A stretch of 64,000 nt of DNA. Origin: an uncultured Chloroflexia bacterium (lineage in GTDB: Bacteria > Chloroflexota > Limnocylindria > Limnocylindrales > CSP1-4). Shown in pieces: positions 41,628 through 51,266 of this stretch (position 1 is the first letter of the stretch; each line of letters starts with the position of its first letter). The stretch covers positions 71,753 to 135,752 of the forward strand of contig CAVVJT010000005.1 in the NCBI GenBank assembly GCA_963748625.1. The letters run 5' to 3'. A program made the translations under genes and the position numbers. The notes under the pieces were generated by a model, which was given only the letters and a program-made list of their open reading frames with translations, was not told where the DNA came from and ran no database searches.

Positions 41628-41702
41628 TTGATCGACACCGGGCAGTCCGCGCGCGGACTGCCCGGACCGCGCGGTGACCCCGCGGGCCCGGCCGTCGCCC
41701 CG

Positions 41703-43106
41703 CTAGAAGTCCGCGCTCTGGGGCGTCCGCGGGAACGGGATCACGTCGCGGATGTTGGCCATGCCGGTCGCATACGCCAGCGCCCGGTCGAACCCCAGGC
41801 CGAAGCCCGCGTGCGGCACCGTCCCGTACCGGCGGAAGTCGCGATACCACCAGTAGACCTGCGGATCCAGGCCCGTCTCGCGGATCCGGGCGTCCAGCAC
41901 GTCCAGCCGCTCCTCGCGCTGTGAGCCGCCCACGATCTCCCCGATCCCGGGCGCCAGCACGTCCATCGCCGCCACCGTGCGCCCGTCATCGTTGAGGCGC
42001 ATGTAGAACGCCTTGATCTCCTTGGGGTAGTTGATGACCACCACCGGGCGCTTCGCGTACTCCTCGCACAGGTAGCGCTCGTGCTCGGCCTGGAGCGCCA
42101 CGCCCCAGCTCACCGGGAACTCCCAGGACTTCTTCGCGCGCTCGAGGACCTCGATCGCCTCGGTGTACTCCATGCGCACGAACTCGCTGGTGACGAGGCT
42201 CTCGAGGCGAGTGATCGCCTCCTTGTCGATCCGCTCCGCGAAGAACGCCATGTCGGCCGGCCGGCGCTCGAGCAGCGAGCGGTACGCGTGCTTGAGCAGC
42301 GCTTCGGCCACGTCGGCGTTGTCGTGGATGTCGGCGAAGGCGATCTCGGGCTCGACCATCCAGAACTCGGCGAGATGCCGGCTCGTGTTGGAGTTCTCCG
42401 CGCGGAACGTGGGGCCGAAGGTGTACACGCGCGACAGCGCGAGGGCATACGCCTCCACGTTGAGCTGCCCGCTCACCGTGAGGAACGCGGGCTTGCCGAA
42501 GAAGTCACTGCTGTAGTCGATGGCGCCATCGGGCGTGCGCGGCAGGTTGGTCATGTCCAGCGTGGACACGCGGAACAGCTCGCCCGCACCTTCGGCGTCC
42601 GACGCCGTGATGATCGGCGTGTGGATCCAGGAGTACCCGTTGAGGTCGAACCACTCGTGGATCGCCATCGCGAGCGCGTGCCGCACCCGGGCCATCGCGC
42701 CGAACGTGTTCGTCCGCGGCCGCAGGTGGGCGACCTCGCGCAGGAACTCGAAGGAGTGCTGCTTGGGCTGGATCGGGTAGGTGTCGGGGTCCTCGACCCA
42801 GCCGACGACGGTGACCGCATCGGCGACCAGCTCCACGGTCTGGCCCTTGCCCTGGGACTCGGCGAGCACCCCCGTCACGCGGACCGCGCAGCCCGTGGTC
42901 ACGTGGAGGATCTCGGACTCGTAGTTGGGCAGCGCCGCCGGCGCCACCACCTGGAGCGGCGGGAACGTGGAGCCGTCGTGGACCGCGAGGAAGGACAGGC
43001 CGGCCTTGGAGTCACGGCGGGTCCGGATCCAGCCTTCGACGGTGGCCCGCTCGCCCACGGCCGGGGTGCCGCCCAGGATCTCCACCACGCGATTCGCCTG
43101 CGCCAT
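41703..43106 (-). CDS. asnS: Asparagine-tRNA ligase
   Basis: [43 protein letters not shown]. Confidence 0.97.
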   Translation of the reverse strand: MAQANRVVEILGGTPAVGERATVEGWIRTRRDSKAGLSFLAVHDGSTFPPLQVVAPAALPNYESEILHVTTGCAVRVTGVLAESQGKGQTVELVADAVTVVGWVEDPDTYPIQPKQHSFEFLREVAHLRPRTNTFGAMARVRHALAMAIHEWFDLNGYSWIHTPIITASDAEGAGELFRVSTLDMTNLPRTPDGAIDYSSDFFGKPAFLTVSGQLNVEAYALALSRVYTFGPTFRAENSNTSRHLAEFWMVEPEIAFADIHDNADVAEALLKHAYRSLLERRPADMAFFAERIDKEAITRLESLVTSEFVRMEYTEAIEVLERAKKSWEFPVSWGVALQAEHERYLCEEYAKRPVVVINYPKEIKAFYMRLNDDGRTVAAMDVLAPGIGEIVGGSQREERLDVLDARIRETGLDPQVYWWYRDFRRYGTVPHAGFGLGFDRALAYATGMANIRDVIPFPRTPQSADF

Positions 43107-43246
43107 CCGCTGCTCCTTCCGCCGGCCGCGCGCGTTCGAGGGATGCACGGCTGGTCTGCTGGACATCAGGATGCAGGATCGGCGCCCGCTGCGGGAACCA
43201 CTGCGGGGACCGGTCGCCCAAGGCCCTATGCTCACCGCTCCTGCGG

Positions 43247-44989
43247 ATGGCCAGTGGACGGGAGGGGCGACAAGGCTTGCGCGACGTGCTGCGGCATCGC
43301 GACCTCCGCCTGCTCCTCGCCGGGCAGGCCGTCTCCCAGGCGGGAGACTGGCTCTACAACGTCGCGCTCATCGTCTACATCCTCGACGCAACGGGCTCCG
43401 CCGCCTGGGTCGCGGCTGTCGAGCTGGCCCACCTGGTGCCGTGGATCGTCATGTCACCGGTCGGGGGGCTGATGGCCGACCGCTTCGACCGCCGTCGCCT
43501 GCTGATCGCAGGGGACCTCGTCCAGGTGGGGACGATGCTCGCGCTCGCCGCGCTCGCGGCGGCCGGAGGGAACCCCGCCCTGGCCATCGTGATCGCGCTG
43601 TTCTCGTCCCTGACACAGGTCGCCCAGAGCCCCAGCCTCCAGGCCTCGATCCCCGCCCTCGTCGACGAGCGGGGCCTTGCGTCCGTCAATGCCCTGATGT
43701 CCGCGATCATGAACCTCGCGATCGTGGTGGGGCCGGCGATCGGTGCCGTTCTCCTGATCCTCGGGTCGCCGGCCGCGGCCTTCGCGGTCAACGCGATCTC
43801 GTTCCTCGTGTCGGCCGGCTGCTTCGCGCTGATCCGGACGCCGATGGGGCCCTTCGCGCCGGCCGATGCCAGGTCTGACGAGCCGGTCCCCGCGGACCCG
43901 GAGGGCGAAGCCGCACGTGCCCCTGGCGCGGTCCGGGCGGCCATGCGAGCCGCCGGTGTGGAGCTGGCCGCCGGTGTGGCTGCCCTGCGGGGGTCCCCGG
44001 CCGCGCTCACGATGGTCCTCCTGACGGCGGGGGGCCTGTTCGCGTACGGGATGCAGACGGTGCTCTGGGCGGTCCTCGCAGACGATCGGCTGGGCGTCGG
44101 CGCCGACGCGATCACGCTGCTCTACGTCGCGACGGGGATCGGCGGCCTGCTGGCGACCATCCCGGCCTCGCGTGCCGGCAGCGGGCGCTCGGCAGCGAGG
44201 GTCCTCGCCGCAGCGGCGGCCATCGGCGGCCTGTCCGTCGCGGCCCTCGCGCTTGCCAACGGGCTGCCGCCGGCCATGGTCCTCGTCGGGATCCAGGGCT
44301 TCTTCATCAGCGTCGTGGACATCCTCGCCATCACGATCCTGCAGCGGGCCCTGGGACCGGCGGTCCTCGGGCGCGCGCTCGGCGCCATGGACTCACTCAC
44401 CTCGGTGGCGATGGTCACAGGCACGATCCTCGCGCCGATCCTCGTGAGCGTCGCCGGACTCGAGATCGCGTTCGTGGTCGGCGGCGTCGTGCTCGCGGCG
44501 ACCGGCGTCATCGCGTTCGCCTTCGGCCGGCACGAGCCTGCACCGGCTGCGGGCCTCGAGGCGCGGGTCCGCCTGCTCTCCGGCCTGTCGCTCTTCGCCG
44601 CTGCGCCGCGGTTCGCCCTCGAGGGCCTGGCCGCGGACTGCCGCGAGCTCCAGGTGCCGGCCGGCGAGGCCGTGATCCGCGAGGGCGACGCTCCCGATGC
44701 GCTCTACGTGCTCGTCGATGGCGCGGCCCTGGTCACGTCGGCTGCCGGCGGGCGGTTGAACACGATGGCGGCGGGCGATTTCTTCGGCGAGATCGGCCTG
44801 CTCAAGGGCGTCCCGCGGACGGCGACGGTCACCTCCACCGAGCCGTGCACGCTCCTGCGGATCGATGGCGAGACGTTCCTGTCGCTGGTGCGCACGGGCG
44901 TTGCCCACCGCGGCGTCCTCGGCCAGAGCGTCGGCGTCCGGCTCTCGGTGCGGCGTGCCTCGGCGGCGGGCCCAGCCCCGCTCGAGTAG
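43247..44989 (+). CDS. MFS transporter with C-terminal cNMP-binding domain
   Basis: [10 protein letters not shown]; [16 protein letters not shown]. Confidence 0.9.
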   Translation: MASGREGRQGLRDVLRHRDLRLLLAGQAVSQAGDWLYNVALIVYILDATGSAAWVAAVELAHLVPWIVMSPVGGLMADRFDRRRLLIAGDLVQVGTMLALAALAAAGGNPALAIVIALFSSLTQVAQSPSLQASIPALVDERGLASVNALMSAIMNLAIVVGPAIGAVLLILGSPAAAFAVNAISFLVSAGCFALIRTPMGPFAPADARSDEPVPADPEGEAARAPGAVRAAMRAAGVELAAGVAALRGSPAALTMVLLTAGGLFAYGMQTVLWAVLADDRLGVGADAITLLYVATGIGGLLATIPASRAGSGRSAARVLAAAAAIGGLSVAALALANGLPPAMVLVGIQGFFISVVDILAITILQRALGPAVLGRALGAMDSLTSVAMVTGTILAPILVSVAGLEIAFVVGGVVLAATGVIAFAFGRHEPAPAAGLEARVRLLSGLSLFAAAPRFALEGLAADCRELQVPAGEAVIREGDAPDALYVLVDGAALVTSAAGGRLNTMAAGDFFGEIGLLKGVPRTATVTSTEPCTLLRIDGETFLSLVRTGVAHRGVLGQSVGVRLSVRRASAAGPAPLE

Positions 44990-45000
44990 ACGTCGGGCTC

Positions 45001-45610
45001 CTGGTGTCGCGTGCCGCCAATGGCTGGCGGATACCCCTCCGTGCCCCAGGCCGCTGAACGGAGGCGGCTGCACCGGGCGTCGCCCACGACGGCTGCTGCC
45101 GTGCGCACCCGGCGCGCACACGGAGCGGTGACGTCGCGGGATGTGCGCCCCGTGCTCCGCCCGTGCGCTCCGCCAGGGTCCCGAGGGCACGACCTGCGCA
45201 CCAGCCGCGCATCGAGCGCTCCGGCCGCACGGTGTGGCTGTTCGGTGCGCACCCGGAGGGCGACAGGGCCCGGAACGGAGCCAGGGCCCGGAACGGTGCT
45301 CCGCAGGCCTCCAACGAAGAGCGAGCAGCGAGGCGGGACACTTGGCACGTTCCACGATGCTGGCGCGCGCCGGCCCCGTCGGGGTCCATCCCCGCAACCA
45401 TGGGGCGATACGAGCCGCAGCCCACGGGGATCAACCCACGAACCGACAGTCCGGGCCTGCAGCCCAACGTGGAGCCCCTCGAGTCCCCCCATACCTGGGG
45501 CGCCACCGGGGCGCCGCTGGGGCGACACCGGGCGCTAACGGGCGCTAACGGGCGGCGTAACGCCGCAGCGCGAAAGGGCATCCGCCAGGCATTGGCGGGC
45601 CGAGACGTAG
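45001..45610 (+). mobile_element. MITE-like element, family A copy 2 (longer)
   Basis: Left CCGCCAATGGCTGGCGGAT and right ATCCGCCAGGCATTGGCGG inverted arms; degenerate CTGG/GTAG ends. Confidence 0.7.
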
Positions 45611-45637
45611 GCGGGCAGCTCCAGGTCGGGCCGGGCG

Positions 45638-45808
45638 TCAGGCCTGGGTGTCGGGCCCGTCCGGCTCCTCGGCGACTTGGGCAGCGTCGGTGACCGGGAC
45701 GGCCTCGGCGTCGGGCGCGAACTCGCAGTCGGCCGGCCGGAGGAGGCACACCCGGCGGTCGCGGTCGTAGCCGGGGCAGTCCTCGGTCATCGGGCAGTCG
45801 GCGATCAT
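45638..45808 (-). CDS. Small Cys-rich hypothetical protein (56 aa)
   Basis: MIADCPMTEDCPGYDRDRRVCLLRPADCEF..; weak RBS. Confidence 0.4.
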   Translation of the reverse strand: MIADCPMTEDCPGYDRDRRVCLLRPADCEFAPDAEAVPVTDAAQVAEEPDGPDTQA

Positions 45809-45948
45809 GGCCGAACGATCCGTTCCCGCCTGCCACCTGTCAAGGGTCGAGGCCAGGGCCCCACCGTTCGCTGCCCAGGGCCGCGGCCCAGTGCCCCGCC
45901 GTTCGCTGGCGAGGGCCGCCAAACCTGCCTCCAACGAGCGATCCGGCG

Positions 45949-46380
45949 TCAGCCCTCCAGCGGATGCCGCCAGCGGAGGCCCGGGAACCGGGCGAAGTCC
46001 CGGTCTGTGGTGATCCACTCGCACCCGTGCTCCAGCGCGAGGGCGGCGAAGTAGGCGTCCGGGACCAGGTTGCCCCGGGCGCCTGCGATCGTGCACATGC
46101 GCTCGAAGAGCTCCCAGTGACGGGGGCCGGGCGCCACGACCACCGCGTTCGGCTGGCTCCGGAGGGCACCCGCGAACGCGAGGGCGTCAGCCAGCGGCAC
46201 GGGCGGATCGAAGACCCGCGGATGGGTGACCACCCTCACGAAGCCGCTCAGTGCCAGCTCCGACACGCCGAACGGCTCATCCGCTTCAACGGTCCCGGCC
46301 AGCCACGCCCGGTATGCCTCGTGGTCCGGCACGCCGTCGTGGAACGCACGCACCAGGACATTGACGTCAACCAAGATCAC
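45949..46380 (-). CDS. vapC: VapC PIN toxin
   Basis: LVDVNVL, GNLVPDA, TTDRDFARF. Confidence 0.93.
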   Translation of the reverse strand: MILVDVNVLVRAFHDGVPDHEAYRAWLAGTVEADEPFGVSELALSGFVRVVTHPRVFDPPVPLADALAFAGALRSQPNAVVVAPGPRHWELFERMCTIAGARGNLVPDAYFAALALEHGCEWITTDRDFARFPGLRWRHPLEG

Positions 46381-46616
46381 CCGCCGGCCCCATCCATCAG
46401 GTCCAGGAGCGCCGCGCTGTCGTCAAGGTCCACGCCGGGGGCGAGCCGACCACCGCGGAAGACGGGAAGGGGCAGCCGATCGCTCCCAGCCCGACGCCGC
46501 GCGAAGGCCTCCCGCAGGGCATCCTCGACCACCTGGTTCAGCGTCCGTCCGGTGGCCGCCGCACGCGTCTTCGCCTCGATCAGCAAGGCGTCCTCGATCT
46601 TGATCGTGGTTCGCAT
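46377..46616 (-). CDS. vapB: VapB RHH antitoxin
   Basis: MRTTIKIEDALL..VVEDALR..PGVDLDD. Confidence 0.9.
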   Translation of the reverse strand: MRTTIKIEDALLIEAKTRAAATGRTLNQVVEDALREAFARRRAGSDRLPLPVFRGGRLAPGVDLDDSAALLDLMDGAGG

Positions 46617-46652
46617 GCATCGAAGCATCATATGGCTGCATCAAGATGTCAA
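46617..46652 (-). promoter_or_regulatory. vapBC promoter (TTGACA-17-GATGCT) with GATGC repeats
   Basis: -10 lies 7 nt before ATG; three GATGC copies. Confidence 0.65.
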
Positions 46653-47344
46653 CGCCCCTTGTGCACCCTGCAGGGGCGAATGCGTTCGCGGAGCGCCTGC
46701 TCTCGTTTGCCCAGGAGACCTGGCGAAACGGAGGCTGCGTCGTCCTCGAGGTGCCGGAGGGCACCAAGGCCACCGTCAAGCCCAACGAGGTCAAGACGTT
46801 CACCACGCTGGTGCATCACAAGTGGGAGGGCGCGGATGTGCCTGCCCCCGTCACGGCCAAGCTCCTCGGCAAGAAGACCGTCGAGCCCGACCGTATCGAT
46901 GCGGCGCCGGGCACCTTCAACGTGACCATGGGTCCTGACGAGTACGCCACCATCAAGCTCGAGACGGTCTCGCGCCGGGGCCGCGACACCGAGGACGTCG
47001 TGTACTGGGTGCGCGCGGCCTACCGGGTCCAGGGCGGCGCCGACGACCTCGTGGTGGACCAGGTTGTCTGCGACGTGACGAGGACGTTCGACCTGTCCGG
47101 GAGCGGGATCACGCTCACCTTCTATCCGGATCCCAATGACTCCAGCCGTGGGTCCTACGAGTACACCGGCGACTTCGGGGAGTTCACCGCCCAAGGGGAG
47201 GGGACGTACAGGATCAAGCTCACGGACGAGGGCGGGACGATCGACGCCGAAGGGAAGGGATCGATCACGAGCGAGATGGGGACGTTCTCGTCCTACGGCA
47301 AGGAGCACTACGACCTGACGCCAGCCGAGTGCGCGGGCAACTGA
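46646..47344 (+). pseudogene. Probable 3' fragment of a beta-rich extracellular protein gene
   Basis: Coding-like bias, no RBS or signal peptide, begins inside the vapB promoter. Confidence 0.5.
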
Positions 47345-47530
47345 GCGGCACAGCACCCCGAACGAGGGCGCCACGCGAGGGCGGACCCAGCGTGCCGTGT
47401 CGGATTCTGCGTGGCTCATCGCCACCCGCGAGCTCCCCGGTGACACGCGCGAGACGGGGCGGGTGACGAGCGGACCTTGACGAGCCGGTGATGTGCGGCG
47501 CAGCCTCCGGCGCAGGGGCACGGGAGGTTG

Positions 47531-49066
47531 ATGAAGGTGGCCGGCGACTACTGGCCCTGCGAGTCGTGTCACTCGCTCAACGTGCCCGCGGCTGACCGCT
47601 GCTATTCCTGCCGGACGCCGCGATCGACCATCACACCGCCTCCACCGGGAGGCGAGGCAACGCTGCCGTCGGCGCGCAGCAGCGGCTGGCCACGGCCGGT
47701 GTTCGTGGGCATCGTCGCCGCGCTCGCGATGGGCAGCGGCCTGCTCGCCGGCCTCTTCTTTGTGGCGGCCGGCAACCTGGCGCCCGCGGCGGCGCCACCC
47801 CCGCAGGCCTTGGCGGCTGCAACGGCCACGCCACCCAGCGCAACGGAACCCCCGACGGCGCTTGCGACACCACCACTCACCAGCGACGCCACGGCGACGC
47901 CGGCGCTGAGCCCATCGGCGGCGCCAGGCGCCACGCCACCTCCAGGCCCGACGCCAGGTCCAGGGGCGACGCCAGCTCCAGGGGCGACACCGGTGCCGGC
48001 CTGGATCCCCTATTCGGGCAGGTTCGTGGGCACCTGGCTCCTCGGCGTGGATGTGCCCGCCGACGCGGTTGCCGCGGGCGTCTACCCGACGGAGCTCCTG
48101 CTGCGGGTGAGGCCCAGGTGCACCACGGGCGCCTGCGCGGTCGACGCGACGCTGGTGGATCCGCGGACAGGCCGGACGCTGAAGGCCACCACCGTCAAGC
48201 CGACGGCCGAGGGCTACCGCATCAGGATCGCCACGTCAGCACCAGACCTCTGTCGCGGGCGCGATGGGCGGACCGTCGAGGCCGGGGCGAAGCGGACCAC
48301 GTCGTTCACCGTGCGCCCGTTCGTGTCCGGGGACGGCAGCCGCACCATCCTGGTCGCGGCCGGATCGATCCGGCTCAACCCCAACCGCCGCGGCGACAGC
48401 GTGGGCTGCCGGGACGCGAAGGTCGATATCGGCGTCGCGCCCGAGCAGCTGGACAAGGCCCAAGTCGCCTCGATCAAGCGCCGGTTGTCGCCCGTGCCGC
48501 TCCCCGATCTCGTCCCGCTGCCGGACTTCACGGTGGGCATCAGGGGCGTCAGGTCCGTCTACTACGGGGTCAAGGGCGACCGCGCGTCGGTGCTCATTGA
48601 CCGCTGGGCCGCGACCTCGACGAAGGAGAAGTACTGCGGCAGGATCGAGTACTCCTGGTACACGGGGAGCGGTCAGACGGCGTCGTGCATCAAGTCGAGC
48701 AGCTCGGTGCGATGGTCGTACCGGGCCGACCCCTGGACCGGGTCCTGCACGGTCACCGGCGTCAAGGTGCGCTGGTCGATGACGATGCCGATCGCCAAGT
48801 GGACGGGGCCGTCCCTGGTGCCGCGCACGCTCGTTCCGTGGTGGAAGGCGACACAGCGCTACGTCCGGGACCACGAGGCCGTCCATGTAGCGATCAACCG
48901 GAAGTGGTCAGCGATGCTCCCAGACCGGGTGGTAGGGCGCTCATGCGCCGACGCGCGCGCGATCGTGAGGAAGTGGGGCCGCCAGTTGAACGCGGCCCAG
49001 GAGGGCTTCGACCGCAAGGACTACGCGCGCGACGACTGGCCGGTCGCCCCCTACGAGGTGCGGTGA
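47531..49066 (+). CDS. Zn-finger/TM/DUF922-like zincin membrane protein
   Basis: WPCESC..NxxxxxxCYSC; TM; Pro/Thr linker; DHEAVH; GGGAGG RBS. Confidence 0.75.
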   Translation: MKVAGDYWPCESCHSLNVPAADRCYSCRTPRSTITPPPPGGEATLPSARSSGWPRPVFVGIVAALAMGSGLLAGLFFVAAGNLAPAAAPPPQALAAATATPPSATEPPTALATPPLTSDATATPALSPSAAPGATPPPGPTPGPGATPAPGATPVPAWIPYSGRFVGTWLLGVDVPADAVAAGVYPTELLLRVRPRCTTGACAVDATLVDPRTGRTLKATTVKPTAEGYRIRIATSAPDLCRGRDGRTVEAGAKRTTSFTVRPFVSGDGSRTILVAAGSIRLNPNRRGDSVGCRDAKVDIGVAPEQLDKAQVASIKRRLSPVPLPDLVPLPDFTVGIRGVRSVYYGVKGDRASVLIDRWAATSTKEKYCGRIEYSWYTGSGQTASCIKSSSSVRWSYRADPWTGSCTVTGVKVRWSMTMPIAKWTGPSLVPRTLVPWWKATQRYVRDHEAVHVAINRKWSAMLPDRVVGRSCADARAIVRKWGRQLNAAQEGFDRKDYARDDWPVAPYEVR

Positions 49067-49137
49067 GCGCGGCGGCCGTCAACGGTCGGAAGCGGGGGCG
49101 GCTCCAGGCCGGCTGCCTACGACATCGAGCCCGCCGT

Positions 49138-50022
49138 CTAGCCCGCGGTCGAGCAGAGCCGGCTCCGGCCCGCCCTGGCGCCCGCTGACGCCATCCCGCC
49201 ATGCAGGGTCTCCACGACGAGACGGTGGTCCAGCCCCGCCGCCGTCAGGCCCGCCCAGGCCATGGCTTGGGGCGTCCCCAGGAGCGCCGCGACGAGGTCA
49301 CCGGGACGGACCGTCGGCGCCTGGTCGAGGCCCGCGAGCTGGGTAGCGACCGCCACCAGCATCGCCGTCCGGAACGTGAGCCCACGCTCGCCGTGCTCAC
49401 CGTCCGATGCGGGGGTTGTGCAGCACGCCAGGAGCGCGGGCCTGAGACCGGCCGGATCGAGCCTGGCGAGTGCGGCGATCTCGGCGAACCCGCCGGGGCC
49501 GTTGAGCGCCGCGAGCGCCACGTGCTCGGAGCCCACGTGGGGATGCCCGGTGGCCGCGGCCTCGGCGAACATCGCCGCGAGCACGGGCCGCGGATCTGCC
49601 ACGAAGCCCGGGAGCCGGTCCGTCGCCCCGTTGGGGAGGCGCACCTTCCGCCCGCGCCTTCGCCGGGCCCGCGCATCGGCGACGGCGTCGAGCAGCATCT
49701 CGGCCAGGAACGGCTTGTCCAAGGTAGGGACGTCGAGGCCGAGGGCGGTCGTGCGCTCGAGCTCGTGCGGGTCGCTCGACATCACCACGACCGGAAGGTT
49801 CGGCCGGGTCGCCGTGAGCATGGCCGCGAGATCGACCCCATCCATCTCTCCCGGCATCTGGACGTCGGTCACGACGAGGTCGACCGCGCAATCCGGCTCC
49901 GAGAGAGCGGCGGCCGCGCTGTCGGCGGTCGGGAACCGGCGGACGGTGAAGCCTTCGGCCTCGAGCAGCCGGCTCACGCGGTCACGGGTAGGCTGGTGGT
50001 CGTCGCTGACGAATGCGTTCAT
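49138..50022 (-). CDS. Receiver domain fused to Clp N-terminal repeat domain
   Basis: SDD, VVTDVQMPG, MSS, KPF; then GHPHVGSEHVALA and VRPGDLVAALL; AAGGAG RBS. Confidence 0.8.
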   Translation of the reverse strand: MNAFVSDDHQPTRDRVSRLLEAEGFTVRRFPTADSAAAALSEPDCAVDLVVTDVQMPGEMDGVDLAAMLTATRPNLPVVVMSSDPHELERTTALGLDVPTLDKPFLAEMLLDAVADARARRRRGRKVRLPNGATDRLPGFVADPRPVLAAMFAEAAATGHPHVGSEHVALAALNGPGGFAEIAALARLDPAGLRPALLACCTTPASDGEHGERGLTFRTAMLVAVATQLAGLDQAPTVRPGDLVAALLGTPQAMAWAGLTAAGLDHRLVVETLHGGMASAGARAGRSRLCSTAG

Positions 50023-50166
50023 CGGGGCTCCTTCGCCTCGCGTCCCCGGGGGTGGGGCCGTCTGATCTCCATTGAGGCGGCCGGACGACCCGCGCTCCAA
50101 TGTGGCTGGTACGCCATTCGCTGTGCGAACGTCCACGCCAGGTCCGCTCGAGGAGGGTGAGTCGAG

Positions 50167-50775
50167 ATGCCCAACATGCCCGCGGACCTGATCCGCGTCG
50201 TGTTCCTCGAGGACGAGCGCGGCATCGCCGAGCTCACGAAGGATGGGCTCGCGAGCCGGGGCATCCTGGTGATCGGGCTGGCAGCTACCGTCGAGGCAAC
50301 GGTCGCCCTCGCTGCAACGGATCGCCCAGACGTCGTCGTCGCCAATGTCGAGCTCCTCGACGAGCTGGCCCTCGATCTGCCCGCCGCGCTGTCCGCCGGC
50401 CCACCAGTCCTCTGGTGGTCGGGCCACGAAGGGCGGTACCGGGAGGCGGCGGTTCGGGCCGGCGGTGCGGGCTTCGTCAGCAAGAGAGCGGGCCTGGATG
50501 CTCTCGTGTCCGCGATCCGGCGCACGGCCGCCGGCAAGGAGACCTGGACCCCGGACGACCTCCGTGCGAAGCGCAATGCGCCGAAAGCGCCGACCAACCG
50601 CGAACGCGAGGTCCTGGCAGGTGTTGCCGCGGGGCGCCCGAACAAGGAGATCGCCGACGATCTCGGGATCTCGGAACGCGGGGTCGAGAGTCACCTGCGC
50701 CGCATGTACGACCGGTATCCAGTGTCGAACCGCGCCGAGCTCCTCAACCTGGCCCAGCGATCGGGCTGGGTCTGA
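50167..50775 (+). CDS. NarL/LuxR regulator with degenerate receiver
   Basis: PTNREREVL..NKEIADDLGISERGVESH; PDVVVAN has Asn at the phospho-Asp position. Confidence 0.85.
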   Translation: MPNMPADLIRVVFLEDERGIAELTKDGLASRGILVIGLAATVEATVALAATDRPDVVVANVELLDELALDLPAALSAGPPVLWWSGHEGRYREAAVRAGGAGFVSKRAGLDALVSAIRRTAAGKETWTPDDLRAKRNAPKAPTNREREVLAGVAAGRPNKEIADDLGISERGVESHLRRMYDRYPVSNRAELLNLAQRSGWV

Positions 50776-50889
50776 GACCGAGACTGCCCGCGGCCTGCCA
50801 GTCCAACAGGTCCCGTGACAGGCGAGGTGGCACACCAGCGCCCGAGACTCCTGCCCACGGGCCGGACGTGGCCCCGGAAGGAGGTCCCC

Positions 50890-51045
50890 ATCGAGAAGGC
50901 CGTCATCCGCGAACTCGTAATCGAGGACGTGGACCCAGCCGAAACGGACGACGAGCTCTGGACGTGGGCGATGAACGAGGTCTTGATGCCGAGCGGCATC
51001 GAGGTGGCGGCGTGGACCCGGCACACGCTTGCAGCGTCACCCTGA
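50890..51045 (+). CDS. Possible small acidic protein (ATC start)
   Basis: GGAAGGAGG 5 nt before ATC; IEKAVIRELVIEDVDPAETDDELWTWA.. Confidence 0.3.
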   Translation: MEKAVIRELVIEDVDPAETDDELWTWAMNEVLMPSGIEVAAWTRHTLAASP

Positions 51046-51266
51046 GACGCAGAGTGCGACGATCGCGCTGTTCATCGAGTTCGAGCAGGGTGACGAGGAT
51101 CGCCGGCCGCCGATCAACTGAGCGGCAAGGTGTCCGCCGGCCGACAGCCCCCTCCACGGCTACGACGCCCGGTCGTGACCTCCGGCCCTGTATCGCCAGG
51201 TGGCATTGCCCATACCGTCCCCAGAAAGCGACGGCGGATGACGGCCGCCCGCACAGGGGAGGGACT

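Noticed and set aside
45530-45570. GCTAAC repeats as integron attC R'' boxes
   Set aside because: No matching GTTRRRY partner at a suitable distance; lies inside the MITE-like element
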